A DNA stretch of 64,000 nt from a virus: IMG/VR virus record IMGVR_UViG_3300045988_106448. One strand, 5' to 3'. Below, one piece after another: positions 9,568-18,674 of this stretch (its first letter is position 1; each line of letters opens with the position of its first letter). The notes beneath the pieces were generated by a model. The model was not told the DNA's origin. It was given only the letters and a program-made list of their open reading frames with translations, and ran no database searches. The position numbers were made by a program, and so were the translations under genes.

Positions 9568-9963
9568 ATGGCATTATTAGATGATAATTTTAGCGCAGAC
9601 GTGTTAATGAGAATTTGTCGAATTTTAGGTGCACCTAAAGTGGCAGATTTAATAGACTTTCGGGAAGATGTACCTGAAGCACGTTTGAAGAAAGCGATTA
9701 ACGGGTTTACTGATAGACTGGAACAAAAGTTTAAATCTAAATTGTTCACGTTTAGGGATAGGGAAAAACAAAGCGTTATTCGCTATTTTATTGTTAGCTT
9801 TAAAGAAGGGGAATCAATAGAGGGGGAACCGATGATAATCATTAACGATTTCAAGGAGGGCATTAAGGCTGATAAGAATCCTGTGTTAGATTTACAGCTA
9901 GTTTATGACGATATAGAAGATCGTGATAAAGATATTGAGGATTTAAAATTTTTACTAAAATAA
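9568..9963 (+). CDS. hypothetical acidic protein
   Basis: 131-aa ORF. No motif recognised. Confidence 0.3.
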   Translation: MALLDDNFSADVLMRICRILGAPKVADLIDFREDVPEARLKKAINGFTDRLEQKFKSKLFTFRDREKQSVIRYFIVSFKEGESIEGEPMIIINDFKEGIKADKNPVLDLQLVYDDIEDRDKDIEDLKFLLK

Positions 9964-9970
9964 TTTTGTT

Positions 9971-10624
9971 ATGGACACAACAGTAAAGTACATTATTTGT
10001 GCCGATGTAGAGTCTGGTGGGCTCCCGAATAAGAACAAAAAGGCTTTTGACGATGTAGCACTCGCCGAGGTGGCTATGGTGGTAGTAGATTGTATTAATT
10101 TGGAAATTGTTACCGAATACAATGCGATTATCGCTCCTTATAAAGATGGGCTTGAATACTCTCCACAGGCTGAGGAAGTGCATGGATTGTCAGTTCAGCA
10201 CCTAACTGAAAATGGGGAAGACATCAAAACCGTGTACAAGGAAACGAAAGCCCTTCTCAAGAAATACGCCAATAAGAGAATAGGTGCTATTCTAGCCGGG
10301 CATAATTTTCAACTCTTTGATATTCCATTTTTTGAAGGTATGTTTGCCTTTAATAATGATGATTTGTGGGAATACGTGAAGTTTGTTGAAGATACCATGA
10401 AATTGAGTTGGTACCGGGGTTTGGAACAAGAGAATTACAAATTGGGAACGTGCTGTCGCAAAGAGGGTGTTGAATTGGTAAACGCTCACCGGGCGTTAGC
10501 CGATACCCGTGCGAATGCCGAATTACTTATCAAATATTTACAAATTTTCAGAGGGGACGGCGTGGCTAATACCGCCCCGGTTGAAGTGAAATCAAGGTTT
10601 AGAGAAACTTTTCAAATTGTGTAA
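9971..10624 (+). CDS. DnaQ-like 3'-5' exonuclease (DEDDh)
   Basis: Exo I: ICADVESGG. Exo II: AGHNFQLFDIPFF. Exo III: AHRALADTRANAELL. Confidence 0.7.
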   Translation: MDTTVKYIICADVESGGLPNKNKKAFDDVALAEVAMVVVDCINLEIVTEYNAIIAPYKDGLEYSPQAEEVHGLSVQHLTENGEDIKTVYKETKALLKKYANKRIGAILAGHNFQLFDIPFFEGMFAFNNDDLWEYVKFVEDTMKLSWYRGLEQENYKLGTCCRKEGVELVNAHRALADTRANAELLIKYLQIFRGDGVANTAPVEVKSRFRETFQIV

Positions 10625-10627
10625 GAG

Positions 10628-12727
10628 ATGATAAGATTTAATGAGGATGGGAAGCTGTCGCATAAGCAGCTTGACGCCGTTTTCAACACCACATTCAACG
10701 TCCTGGAGGCTCTCCCTACCAAGGCGTTGAATCAACTGTTGGACGGGTATGGCGGTGATGTCGATGAAATGATGAACGAGATATTTAAGCAAACGAATCA
10801 GGTGCTTAATTTAAACCATACCTTAGAAACCGAACGTCTTCAGTACGTTGATTGTCTTACGGAATCAATGGATGAAACGTTAAAGGTGAAATCTTACAAT
10901 TATTTCAAGACGACCATGCTGCCTTCCTTTAGACAAGGGTGGAGAAATTTAGAGTGGGGTAATATGGTGCAGTTATATCCTAGTAGTGCGTACCTTGCCG
11001 CTCGTTCACATGGAAAGTGTTTTATTGCGGGCACTCCAATTTTAATGGCAGATTTCACGGTTAAGAACGTGGAGGACATTTACCCCGGCATGGAAGTAAT
11101 GGGGATAGATTACACGCCTCGTAAAGTGCTTACCCGACATATAGGTGAGGGGCAAATGTTTAGGGTAGAACAAGAGAATGGCATCCCCTACGTGGTGAAT
11201 TTCTGGCACGTGATGTGTTTGTATGACACCAAGAAGAAAGCGTATGTGGAAATGCCGATGAACGAGTTTTATAAATACCCGGTAAAGAAGCAGCGTCGTT
11301 TTCAGGGGTATCGGGTATTTAGTCCGGACACACCAATCTTTGAAAAGAGTGATATTAGAGTGACTTGCATTGGTAGGGATTCTTATTACGGTTTCATGAC
11401 AGATGGTGATCATTTGTTCCAATTAGAAGATGGAACAGTGGTGCATAATTCTTACGAGTTTTGTTACGCCTTTCCATTGTGGAGGCTGTACACCTACAAA
11501 CGCCCCACGTTCATGAGGGCGGACACTCCCGATAATAAGAATCGTCAAGAAACTTGTATTATTACTAATACGGAAAAGTTGGGTAAGGAGCATATTGATA
11601 AAATTGCGGAGGAAATTAAAATTAATGATGCTCTAGGCTATCGTATTAACCCGAACGGAAAGGCGTCACTTGCTGCCACGGGTATAGAGGGGGAGAACGG
11701 TACGAAATTGCACTTGCGTGGAAAGGATGGGTTTATTCGTGGTTTGCACGTGGGGGCGGCGGTGAGCGATGACTTACCTGACGAATCCAGTATATACAGT
11801 TTGGAACAGCGTGAGAAATTGATTGATTTGTTCAACGGTACGATTTCACCTATTGTTGAGCCATACGGGTATAATCTTGTGGATGGAACCCCGTATCAAG
11901 AGAATGACCTTTACGCTAAGCTGAAAGAAGACCCCAAGTTTAAAGTATTCGAATACCCGGCAGTCTTTCCTGATGGACGTTTGCTCGCTCCCGACCGTTT
12001 CACGTTTAAGAAATTGATGGAGGAAAAACAATCATTGGGAACTATGGTGTTTAGCCGTGAGTATTTGGTTGTGCCAATCAGTGACGATAGTACGATATTC
12101 CCGTGGGAAATTCTTATGCGTAGCACGTATGGAATGGAAAAGTATATGTTAGTGAATAACATAGAATCTTTTCCTATTAAACTAGCCAAAGTAGTGATTG
12201 GGTGCGACTTTGCTGTTTCCGGTAACGTGGGGGCGGATTACACTTGTTATTCCGTTTGGGGTAAAGATTTGCTAGGGAATTATTATCTCCTATATATTTA
12301 TCGTGAAAAGGGGCTTTCTCATAACGAACAGTTGAATAAAATAATGCAGCTAGACCGTAGCTTTAAACCAAGCGAAATCGTAGTAGAAAATAACGGTTTC
12401 CAAAGCATACTTGCGGATATGGCACGTCAACAGGGTATTAGAAATATTACACCATTTACCACCACAGCCGGAAATAAGAAAGACTTACGTACTGGGTGGG
12501 TGTCGTTGGCAGCGTTGTTCGAGCGTGGGGCGATAAAATGCCCGTGGCATACCGATAGCCGTAAACAGGTCGAGCAAATGTTCGGGGAATTCAATAGTAT
12601 TGCATTTCGTCCGGACAAGGGAACGCTAGAAAGTATTAGCGGGCATGATGATACTGTGTCATCGGCGTTTATGGCTATTAACAAGTTGAGAGAGGGAACT
12701 ATTAGAGTAGTAGTAGATTCAATTTAA
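10628..12727 (+). CDS. terminase large subunit, interrupted by a mini-intein in Walker A
   Basis: Walker A is AARSHGK|S, split by the intein. The C-terminal RNaseH-like nuclease motifs are present (VIGCDFAVSGNVGADYTCYSV, GHDDTVSSAFMAI). Confidence 0.7.
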   Translation: MIRFNEDGKLSHKQLDAVFNTTFNVLEALPTKALNQLLDGYGGDVDEMMNEIFKQTNQVLNLNHTLETERLQYVDCLTESMDETLKVKSYNYFKTTMLPSFRQGWRNLEWGNMVQLYPSSAYLAARSHGKCFIAGTPILMADFTVKNVEDIYPGMEVMGIDYTPRKVLTRHIGEGQMFRVEQENGIPYVVNFWHVMCLYDTKKKAYVEMPMNEFYKYPVKKQRRFQGYRVFSPDTPIFEKSDIRVTCIGRDSYYGFMTDGDHLFQLEDGTVVHNSYEFCYAFPLWRLYTYKRPTFMRADTPDNKNRQETCIITNTEKLGKEHIDKIAEEIKINDALGYRINPNGKASLAATGIEGENGTKLHLRGKDGFIRGLHVGAAVSDDLPDESSIYSLEQREKLIDLFNGTISPIVEPYGYNLVDGTPYQENDLYAKLKEDPKFKVFEYPAVFPDGRLLAPDRFTFKKLMEEKQSLGTMVFSREYLVVPISDDSTIFPWEILMRSTYGMEKYMLVNNIESFPIKLAKVVIGCDFAVSGNVGADYTCYSVWGKDLLGNYYLLYIYREKGLSHNEQLNKIMQLDRSFKPSEIVVENNGFQSILADMARQQGIRNITPFTTTAGNKKDLRTGWVSLAALFERGAIKCPWHTDSRKQVEQMFGEFNSIAFRPDKGTLESISGHDDTVSSAFMAINKLREGTIRVVVDSI
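11018..11449 (+). mobile_element. mini-intein (Hint domain, 144 aa, no homing endonuclease domain) within the TerL P-loop
   Basis: Block A: CFIAGTPILMADF. Block B: VLTRH. Blocks F/G: GFMTDGDHLFQLEDGTVVHN, followed by the +1 Ser. Removing it restores Walker A as AARSHGKS. Confidence 0.65.
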
Positions 12728-12733
12728 AAGATT

Positions 12734-14314
12734 ATGAGTAAGAAAGTTGATGCCATTCTAAGCCCCACATTTGTCGAAGAAATGATGCGATTAGCATTCG
12801 CGAATAGAGAGTTCGCTAGGCTTGTCACGTCAAATATTGATTTAAGCAATTTCCCTAGGGAGTTAGGTGGCTGTAAAGCCATGTTAAAAGTATTGAATGA
12901 CAATATGAAGAACGGTCGCCATGCGACGTTCGGCATGGTTGAGATGGCTTATAGCAATAAAGAGGATGTCCTCAAAAAGATAAAGGATGTACAGGCGTTA
13001 CCCGTGCCAGAGGTAGAACCGATGGTGGATCAACTTGAAACCTTCCTAAAACGTCAGACGTTTGTTGCCACGCAACATGAAATTTCTGATATGTATAACG
13101 AAGGTAAACAAGAAGAAGCGATGGCGTTATTGGAGAAACGAATGATAGAAATCAATAGTTTCTCCCTAACTAAAGACAACGGGCAGTTTAGGCGTGTGTA
13201 CAGGGATTTTGATAAGAATATTAATACCATAGCCGCAAAAGCGGAAGACGAAACTCGTCGTTCGAAAATGCCTATCGGTATTACAACTATTGATGAGATT
13301 ACCGATGGGGGTATCCCCCGTCAGGACACGGTGTTAATGATCATGCGATCCGGTGTTGGTAAATCAACGGCGTTGAAATACATAGCGTGGTATAACACGG
13401 CGATAGCCCATAACCACGTTCTTCACGTGCAGTTAGAGGGTGGAGCGGATGAAGCGGTGGTAAAGTTTGACCAGATGATTGCCCATACCACCTATTCCAA
13501 AATTATGCGTGGTGATTTAACTGAGGAAACCCGGCTACGGGTGAAAGGGTTGATTAACCGGGCAAACCTTGTGAATAGTGATATTGACGTTTACGCCACG
13601 GAAGAGTTACTAGACCTCACGATTGGTGATCTAGTGCAGGTTATAGAGGATTACAAAAAGGAATACGGGTTTTACCCTGACCTCCTAACGTTGGATTCTA
13701 TAGACTTGTTATTGACGGGTGAAAGCCGCAAAATAGACTACGATCCCAACTTTATAAAATACCGCTTGCAAAAGTGTGCCCAACGGTTAAAAGATATTGC
13801 TAAGAAGTACGACATGGTTGTCGTGACAGCAACCCAAACCGGAGACGTGCCGTTTGAAGTATGGAACGATCCTAACCGGGTTATTACCCGTGCCAATACC
13901 GAAGGCGACCGTACATTGGTTAAGCCATTTTCATTCGTGTTAACGGGTAACGTTACGCTAGAGGAAGGAAAGAATAACATGATGCGGTTGTATTTTGATA
14001 AAATGCGTAATTACAAGAACAACGGTATTATAGTTAGAATTCCAACGAATTACGAGAATGGTTTCTTCTATGATATGGCACGTTCTTCTACATTGGAAAC
14101 CGTGTTGGACGTTTCAGCGTTAGAGAAACTAGAACGCCGGGGTAAAAATAAGGAAAGAGGGGTCAAAGAGGAGCGAGTAGAGATTCAACCGGGAGTGTAT
14201 GGCAGTAAGGTTGCCGACGGTGCGCCCGTGTCTAAAAGAGACTCTAGCGACGTTGTAGACGAACGTACCATGAAGGAATCATTTAAGGATTGGAATAAAC
14301 GCAATAGAAAATGA
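12734..14314 (+). CDS. DnaB-family replicative helicase
   Basis: RecA-like core LMIMRSGVGKSTALKYIAW....LHVQLEGGADE aligns with the DnaB Walker A and H2 region. N-terminal helical domain is present. Confidence 0.6.
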   Translation: MSKKVDAILSPTFVEEMMRLAFANREFARLVTSNIDLSNFPRELGGCKAMLKVLNDNMKNGRHATFGMVEMAYSNKEDVLKKIKDVQALPVPEVEPMVDQLETFLKRQTFVATQHEISDMYNEGKQEEAMALLEKRMIEINSFSLTKDNGQFRRVYRDFDKNINTIAAKAEDETRRSKMPIGITTIDEITDGGIPRQDTVLMIMRSGVGKSTALKYIAWYNTAIAHNHVLHVQLEGGADEAVVKFDQMIAHTTYSKIMRGDLTEETRLRVKGLINRANLVNSDIDVYATEELLDLTIGDLVQVIEDYKKEYGFYPDLLTLDSIDLLLTGESRKIDYDPNFIKYRLQKCAQRLKDIAKKYDMVVVTATQTGDVPFEVWNDPNRVITRANTEGDRTLVKPFSFVLTGNVTLEEGKNNMMRLYFDKMRNYKNNGIIVRIPTNYENGFFYDMARSSTLETVLDVSALEKLERRGKNKERGVKEERVEIQPGVYGSKVADGAPVSKRDSSDVVDERTMKESFKDWNKRNRK

Positions 14315-15357
14315 AATACGATAAGGATGCCATAATTGCTGAATTTAACCTTGTTAAGTTCGGAACCCAAGGTTGGTTGACCAACCGGAATATGGAATGT
14401 CCTTTTTGTGGAAGAACGGGTAAGTGGGGGATTATTTTTAACGAGAGCGGTATTGCAACGTTTCACTGTTGGAAATGCCCCCGCAAAACCTCCCTATACG
14501 AATTTCTAAAAAAGCTAAATAAAACCTCCCTAGCTAAAAAGACGTTTGTTCCAAACACGGCTAAGGACTTGGACAAGTGCCCTCGGCTTGATGCGGAAAT
14601 TCAAATGGATAAGGCAAATTGGATGGAAGAGGAAGAATCGGAAGAATTTAAAATTACCCCGGTTTCGTTGCCATTGAGGCTAAAACCTTTAGTTCACGAT
14701 GCTTATTTGGACGGTCGTGGTTTTAAGGAATGCCATTATAAAGAATTTGAACCCTCCTATACAGATTCACCGTTAAACCCCAAGTTGCAGAATTACATTA
14801 TCTTTAAGATAAAGATAGATGGCATTCCAGTGGCATGGTGGGCGAGAAGTAGAAATAGTAAGGAATGGCACAAGGCTAATCTGGAAGCGTATAAACGGGG
14901 AGAAGCTGATTTGGTTTTACGGTATAGAAACTCGGAAACGAATTTTCAGGACTTACTAGGCGGGTATGATGATATTATTGAAGGTAAAACGGAAACGGTT
15001 ATTATAGTGGAAGGTATCTTTGATAAGATAAATATTGATAACCTGTTAGGTCTTTCCGAGGTCGATGATATCAAATGTTGTTTCACGTTCGGTAATAATA
15101 TAGGGCGGGGGCAAATAGAGGCGATGCGCCGTAAGAAAGTTAAGACGGTTATTCTCTTATATGATTACGGCACGATAAACGAAAGTAAGGAAACGGCGTT
15201 TAGAATGAGAGATGTATTTGAGCAAGTGTACGTGACCGCTATACGGCAGGAGGGAGTTGATCCGGGTAATATTACGTTGGAATATTTAGAAGAAGTTTTA
15301 ACCCAAGCGACAGACCCTATAAACTTTTATGCGAATAAAGTGGAAGTAAAATTTTAA
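14311..15357 (+). CDS. DNA primase (Zn-finger + TOPRIM)
   Basis: N-terminal CPFCG....HCWKCPRK zinc ribbon. TOPRIM-like IIVEGIFDKI and LLYDYGTINE motifs. Confidence 0.55.
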   Translation: MKYDKDAIIAEFNLVKFGTQGWLTNRNMECPFCGRTGKWGIIFNESGIATFHCWKCPRKTSLYEFLKKLNKTSLAKKTFVPNTAKDLDKCPRLDAEIQMDKANWMEEEESEEFKITPVSLPLRLKPLVHDAYLDGRGFKECHYKEFEPSYTDSPLNPKLQNYIIFKIKIDGIPVAWWARSRNSKEWHKANLEAYKRGEADLVLRYRNSETNFQDLLGGYDDIIEGKTETVIIVEGIFDKINIDNLLGLSEVDDIKCCFTFGNNIGRGQIEAMRRKKVKTVILLYDYGTINESKETAFRMRDVFEQVYVTAIRQEGVDPGNITLEYLEEVLTQATDPINFYANKVEVKF

Positions 15358-15360
15358 GGT

Positions 15361-15831
15361 ATGGAAAACGAATATCGTATTAGTCACGAACAGTTCCTAA
15401 TTAATCTTCAGTTAGAGTACCTAACTCATAGATTAAGATCATTGATTTACCGAACAGCGTCTTACGCTCAGGTGGCGGCAGATATAGCATCTAAGAAAAG
15501 ATCGAAGATAGAGGATTTGGGAAAGAAATTTGGGATACGGACAATCTTTAGTCCGGGCTTTGACGTATTAGGGTTTGTAAACTTATATTTCTGGTCGGGG
15601 CGGGGTTTACCGCACTTCCAATATAAGGATGAGGAACAAAGAAGAGTACAAGGTAATTATGACAAATGGTATATTTTGTTTCGTGGAACACGAGTGAAAT
15701 ATAAAGGCAGGAGAACCGAAGTTGTTTCGAATAATCCTGTCCGGAAAGAGGTAATCGTCAAGACTCTTTCTGGCAATCAATTGGCGAAATATAGTGAATT
15801 AACAATTAAAAAAGATTTCGAATGGATTTGA
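15361..15831 (+). CDS. hypothetical protein
   Basis: 156-aa ORF. No motif recognised. Confidence 0.3.
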   Translation: MENEYRISHEQFLINLQLEYLTHRLRSLIYRTASYAQVAADIASKKRSKIEDLGKKFGIRTIFSPGFDVLGFVNLYFWSGRGLPHFQYKDEEQRRVQGNYDKWYILFRGTRVKYKGRRTEVVSNNPVRKEVIVKTLSGNQLAKYSELTIKKDFEWI

Positions 15832-16076
15832 AAATTGTAAACCACAGTACACATGAATTGCCCGTGTACAAGACAAAAGATTCGGCAGGAGCCGATTTAA
15901 GAGCGTTCTTACCTGAAGAGAAAGTTATTTACCTGCAACCGGGGGAACGTCGATTAATCCCTACTGGATTACACATGGCTATTCCGGAGGGGATGGTAGG
16001 ATTTATTTGCCCTCGTAGCGGTATGGCGGTAAAACAAGGTTTGACCGTTATTAACGCTCCGGGAGTAATAGACGCT
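15822..16076 (+). CDS. dut: dUTPase, exon 1 (N-terminal motifs I-III)
   Basis: SAGADLRA, IPTGL and CPRSGMAVKQGLTVINAPGVID match dUTPase motifs. The frame runs into a stop 7 codons after the conserved GVID. Exon boundary is approximate (+/- 3 nt). Confidence 0.7.
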
Positions 16077-16946
16077 AAACTTTTAATGACTGCCTAAGAT
16101 GTATCAAAGGTTCTTTATATTAATTTTGGTAACTTTGCATTCAAATAATAATGCTATGGGGAAATTTGATAGAGAACCAAATTGTCAATGTCCAATTTGT
16201 GGAATTAAAATGTGGGTTAAACCTTCTTCTTTAAGAAAGGCGAAACATGGGGTTTGTTGTTCTATGGAATGTTCTAGGAAATTACGTTCAAATTTTATGA
16301 CAGGTGTAGGGAATCATCAGTTTGGGTTGACAGGAAATTTGAATAGTTCCTTTAAACATAATGAGAAAATAAATTCGGCAGGTTATGTTATGGAAAATGT
16401 TCCTGGACACCCTAAAGGTGGAAAAATTCGAGAAAGGTCTAAAACAACTTATATTTTGAAACATAGATTAATTATTGAAAGAAATTGTGAAAAGTTTCCT
16501 CAAGAATTATTTGAAAATATAGGGGGTTGGATAGTTTTAAAAGATTGTTATGATGTTCACCATATAAATGAAGACAGAACTGACAATCGGTTAGAAAATC
16601 TTGAAATTTTAACTCGAGGTAAACATACTGCAATCCACAATTTAGAAAAGACAATTATAAGAGATGATACTACGGGTAGAATAATTGGTGTCTTTAAACG
16701 AGGTGAATTGCTGGGAAGTCCAGAGGTGGATAATCAGCAGCCAAGCATTAGTAGTAATACTTTTGAAGGTTCAACGACTAACAGCCGAATCCAAACAGAT
16801 AATGCTGAGGATAGTAATGCTGACACGAGTGCCTCGCCCCTATTTATAGGGTGAAGATATAGTCTGAACTTTGCAAATAACCTAAAAGTAAAGCAAAGAA
16901 ATAATAGGATAAAGAGCCTATTAGTGTAACAACTCCACATAAATTG
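16077..16946 (+). mobile_element. putative group I intron carrying an HNH homing endonuclease ORF, inserted in dUTPase
   Basis: The ~870-nt insertion sits exactly between dUTPase motif III (GVIDA) and motif IV (DYRGDVGV). Exon 1 ends in T and the last intron nucleotide is G, as in group I introns. The insert is AT-rich relative to its flanks. Confidence 0.55.
16099..16854 (+). CDS. HNH homing endonuclease (HNH_3-type), intron-encoded
   Basis: 251 aa. Cys-rich N-terminal part, then DVHHINEDRTDNRLENLEILTRGKHTAIHN (HNH motif). Confidence 0.65.
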   Translation: MYQRFFILILVTLHSNNNAMGKFDREPNCQCPICGIKMWVKPSSLRKAKHGVCCSMECSRKLRSNFMTGVGNHQFGLTGNLNSSFKHNEKINSAGYVMENVPGHPKGGKIRERSKTTYILKHRLIIERNCEKFPQELFENIGGWIVLKDCYDVHHINEDRTDNRLENLEILTRGKHTAIHNLEKTIIRDDTTGRIIGVFKRGELLGSPEVDNQQPSISSNTFEGSTTNSRIQTDNAEDSNADTSASPLFIG

Positions 16947-17141
16947 GATTACCGTGGAGACGTGGGTGTGCCTCTAATTAATTTGGGACAGGACGTTGAG
17001 AAAATTGAAGATGGCGACCGTGTGGCACAAATTGTTTTCGTGCCATTCGTGCAGGCGAATTTTCAGGTGGTAGCAACCGAAGCTGATCTTGGAGAAACTG
17101 AACGTGGTCAAGGAGGATTTGGACATACCGGGAAGAATTGA
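16947..17141 (+). CDS. dut: dUTPase, exon 2 (motifs IV-V)
   Basis: DYRGDVGVPLINLG, DRVAQIVFVP and the C-terminal RGQGGFGHTGKN arm motif. The tracked ORF starts at TTG 16944 only because the frame happens to be open there. Confidence 0.7.
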   Translation, partial: DYRGDVGVPLINLGQDVEKIEDGDRVAQIVFVPFVQANFQVVATEADLGETERGQGGFGHTGKN

Positions 17142-17185
17142 TAAAGATTTTGTCCAAGATATTAAACTTTTAAGACAAAAGTAAG

Positions 17186-17193
17186 TATATTTG
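17186..17193 (+). promoter_or_regulatory. Bacteroidetes-type -7 promoter element TAtaTTTG
   Basis: Matches TAnnTTTG 46 nt upstream of the 17239 start codon. Confidence 0.4.
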
Positions 17194-17238
17194 TATATCG
17201 AAACATGAATTACAGTTTTAAATAAATTAAAGAAGATT

Positions 17239-17943
17239 ATGGCAAACGCATTAGCAACTAGAGTAAAATTCCGTAAGTATTCGGCAGAGCAACTTCAGAA
17301 CGTTATCAACAATGAGGAATCAAACGAAGTAGAAATTCAGGTAGCGACAGAGTTATTGGAAAAGATGGGTGGAGCACCCGCACCCAAAGAAGCCCCGGTA
17401 GCCCCCGCAAAGAAAGAGGCTCCGAAGGTAAAGAAAGCCCCGGCTCCTAAAAAGGAAGAACCGAAAGCTGAGAAAGAAGACAAGGCTGAAAAGGAGTTAC
17501 CCGCTGACAAGTCACCGGAAGCGGCTGCAAAACGTCAGAACAAAAAGACAACGGAATACGTTTCGGATGAACAATTGACTCCGGCAGAACAAGCCCGCTT
17601 AGACAAGGCTGAAAAGGAGTTTGATGAACGCCAGAAAAACCGGAAAACCCCTTCCAAGTCTGACAAAACGATGAAGGAGAAGGCTCCTAAGACTGAAAGA
17701 GCAACCAAGCGTGAAAATCTTGAGGAATCAAACGAAGTACCGGGCTTGAAGGTTGGTAGCCAAGTAACCTTGAAAGAAGGTTCCGAGGTAGGTACGATTA
17801 CCCGTGTATATCTATCTTCGGATGGTAAAGAGAAATGTATGGTGAAGTTTGGTGATGCCAAACCAATCAAGAAGCGTGTGACGGCTGTGGAACTCGCAGA
17901 AGAAGCTAAACCGAAAGCCGCCCCGAAAAAAGCTAAGAAATAG
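17239..17943 (+). CDS. Lys/Ala/Pro-rich histone H1-like DNA-binding protein
   Basis: 234 aa. Long low-complexity AP/KK/E tracts (APKEAPVAPAKKEAPKVKKAPAPKKEEPKAEK) and a basic C-terminal tail (KPKAAPKKAKK). Confidence 0.4.
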   Translation: MANALATRVKFRKYSAEQLQNVINNEESNEVEIQVATELLEKMGGAPAPKEAPVAPAKKEAPKVKKAPAPKKEEPKAEKEDKAEKELPADKSPEAAAKRQNKKTTEYVSDEQLTPAEQARLDKAEKEFDERQKNRKTPSKSDKTMKEKAPKTERATKRENLEESNEVPGLKVGSQVTLKEGSEVGTITRVYLSSDGKEKCMVKFGDAKPIKKRVTAVELAEEAKPKAAPKKAKK

Positions 17944-18674
17944 TGAGCCCCACTATATATCTAGTCAAAGGTATTTCAGGAAGTGGCAAATCAACAAGGG
18001 TTTACCTATTCTTGGAATACCTTGAATCATTAGGGCTAGAATTGACACCCTTTAAATTTAAAACACTTGACGGAAAAGAAAAGGAAGTAGGAGTTTATTG
18101 TGAGGATTTGGATTTGATTTTCGTTGGGAAGTGGTACGAAAATGGCGGTGTACGCCGTTGGCAGGGGCACGACAGTATGACGGGGCGGTTATGTCATTCT
18201 GAAGGGCTTAGCTACTTCCTAAAGAGTGTTGCACAAAAGGGTCACAGTGTTGTTTTGGATGGTGCGGGTACGACGGCAACATGGCGGCTTAGACCCAAAT
18301 TCCTATTTGAGGACAACGGGTTTAAGAGTATTGTTCATATACGGTATGATTACAAGCCGGAGCAGTTGCAAGAATATTATGACCGGATCGAATACCGTTC
18401 TGGCGAGCCTCCCAAGGGGGATAGTATGTGGCGTAAAAGTAAAACCTTCCTACATGACTATCAAAAGGCTGTAGAAGAGGCTAAGATGGTTGTATCGGCA
18501 GGTTGCCACGTGTCTTTACATGATGAACCATACGATACCCCGGTTTACGATTTGGGTGTTAGAATTTTGGAGCACGTGGGTTTGGAAGACGTGCAAGATG
18601 AGTTCATCGCTTATTGTCAAAATTCAGATTATCTAATTAAAAACTCCTTTAATGAATTCCAGAAAATAAAATGA
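17943..18674 (+). CDS. P-loop kinase (AAA_33 / polynucleotide- or nucleotide-kinase-like)
   Basis: Walker A LVKGISGSGKST near the N-terminus, 243 aa. Candidate nucleotide or DNA kinase. Confidence 0.45.
   Translation: MSPTIYLVKGISGSGKSTRVYLFLEYLESLGLELTPFKFKTLDGKEKEVGVYCEDLDLIFVGKWYENGGVRRWQGHDSMTGRLCHSEGLSYFLKSVAQKGHSVVLDGAGTTATWRLRPKFLFEDNGFKSIVHIRYDYKPEQLQEYYDRIEYRSGEPPKGDSMWRKSKTFLHDYQKAVEEAKMVVSAGCHVSLHDEPYDTPVYDLGVRILEHVGLEDVQDEFIAYCQNSDYLIKNSFNEFQKIK

Noticed and set aside
16944-17141. Tracked ORF starting at TTG 16944 as an independent small gene.
   Set aside because: Its sequence is the C-terminal half of dUTPase (motifs IV-V). It is better explained as exon 2 after the intron than as a separate TTG-initiated gene.
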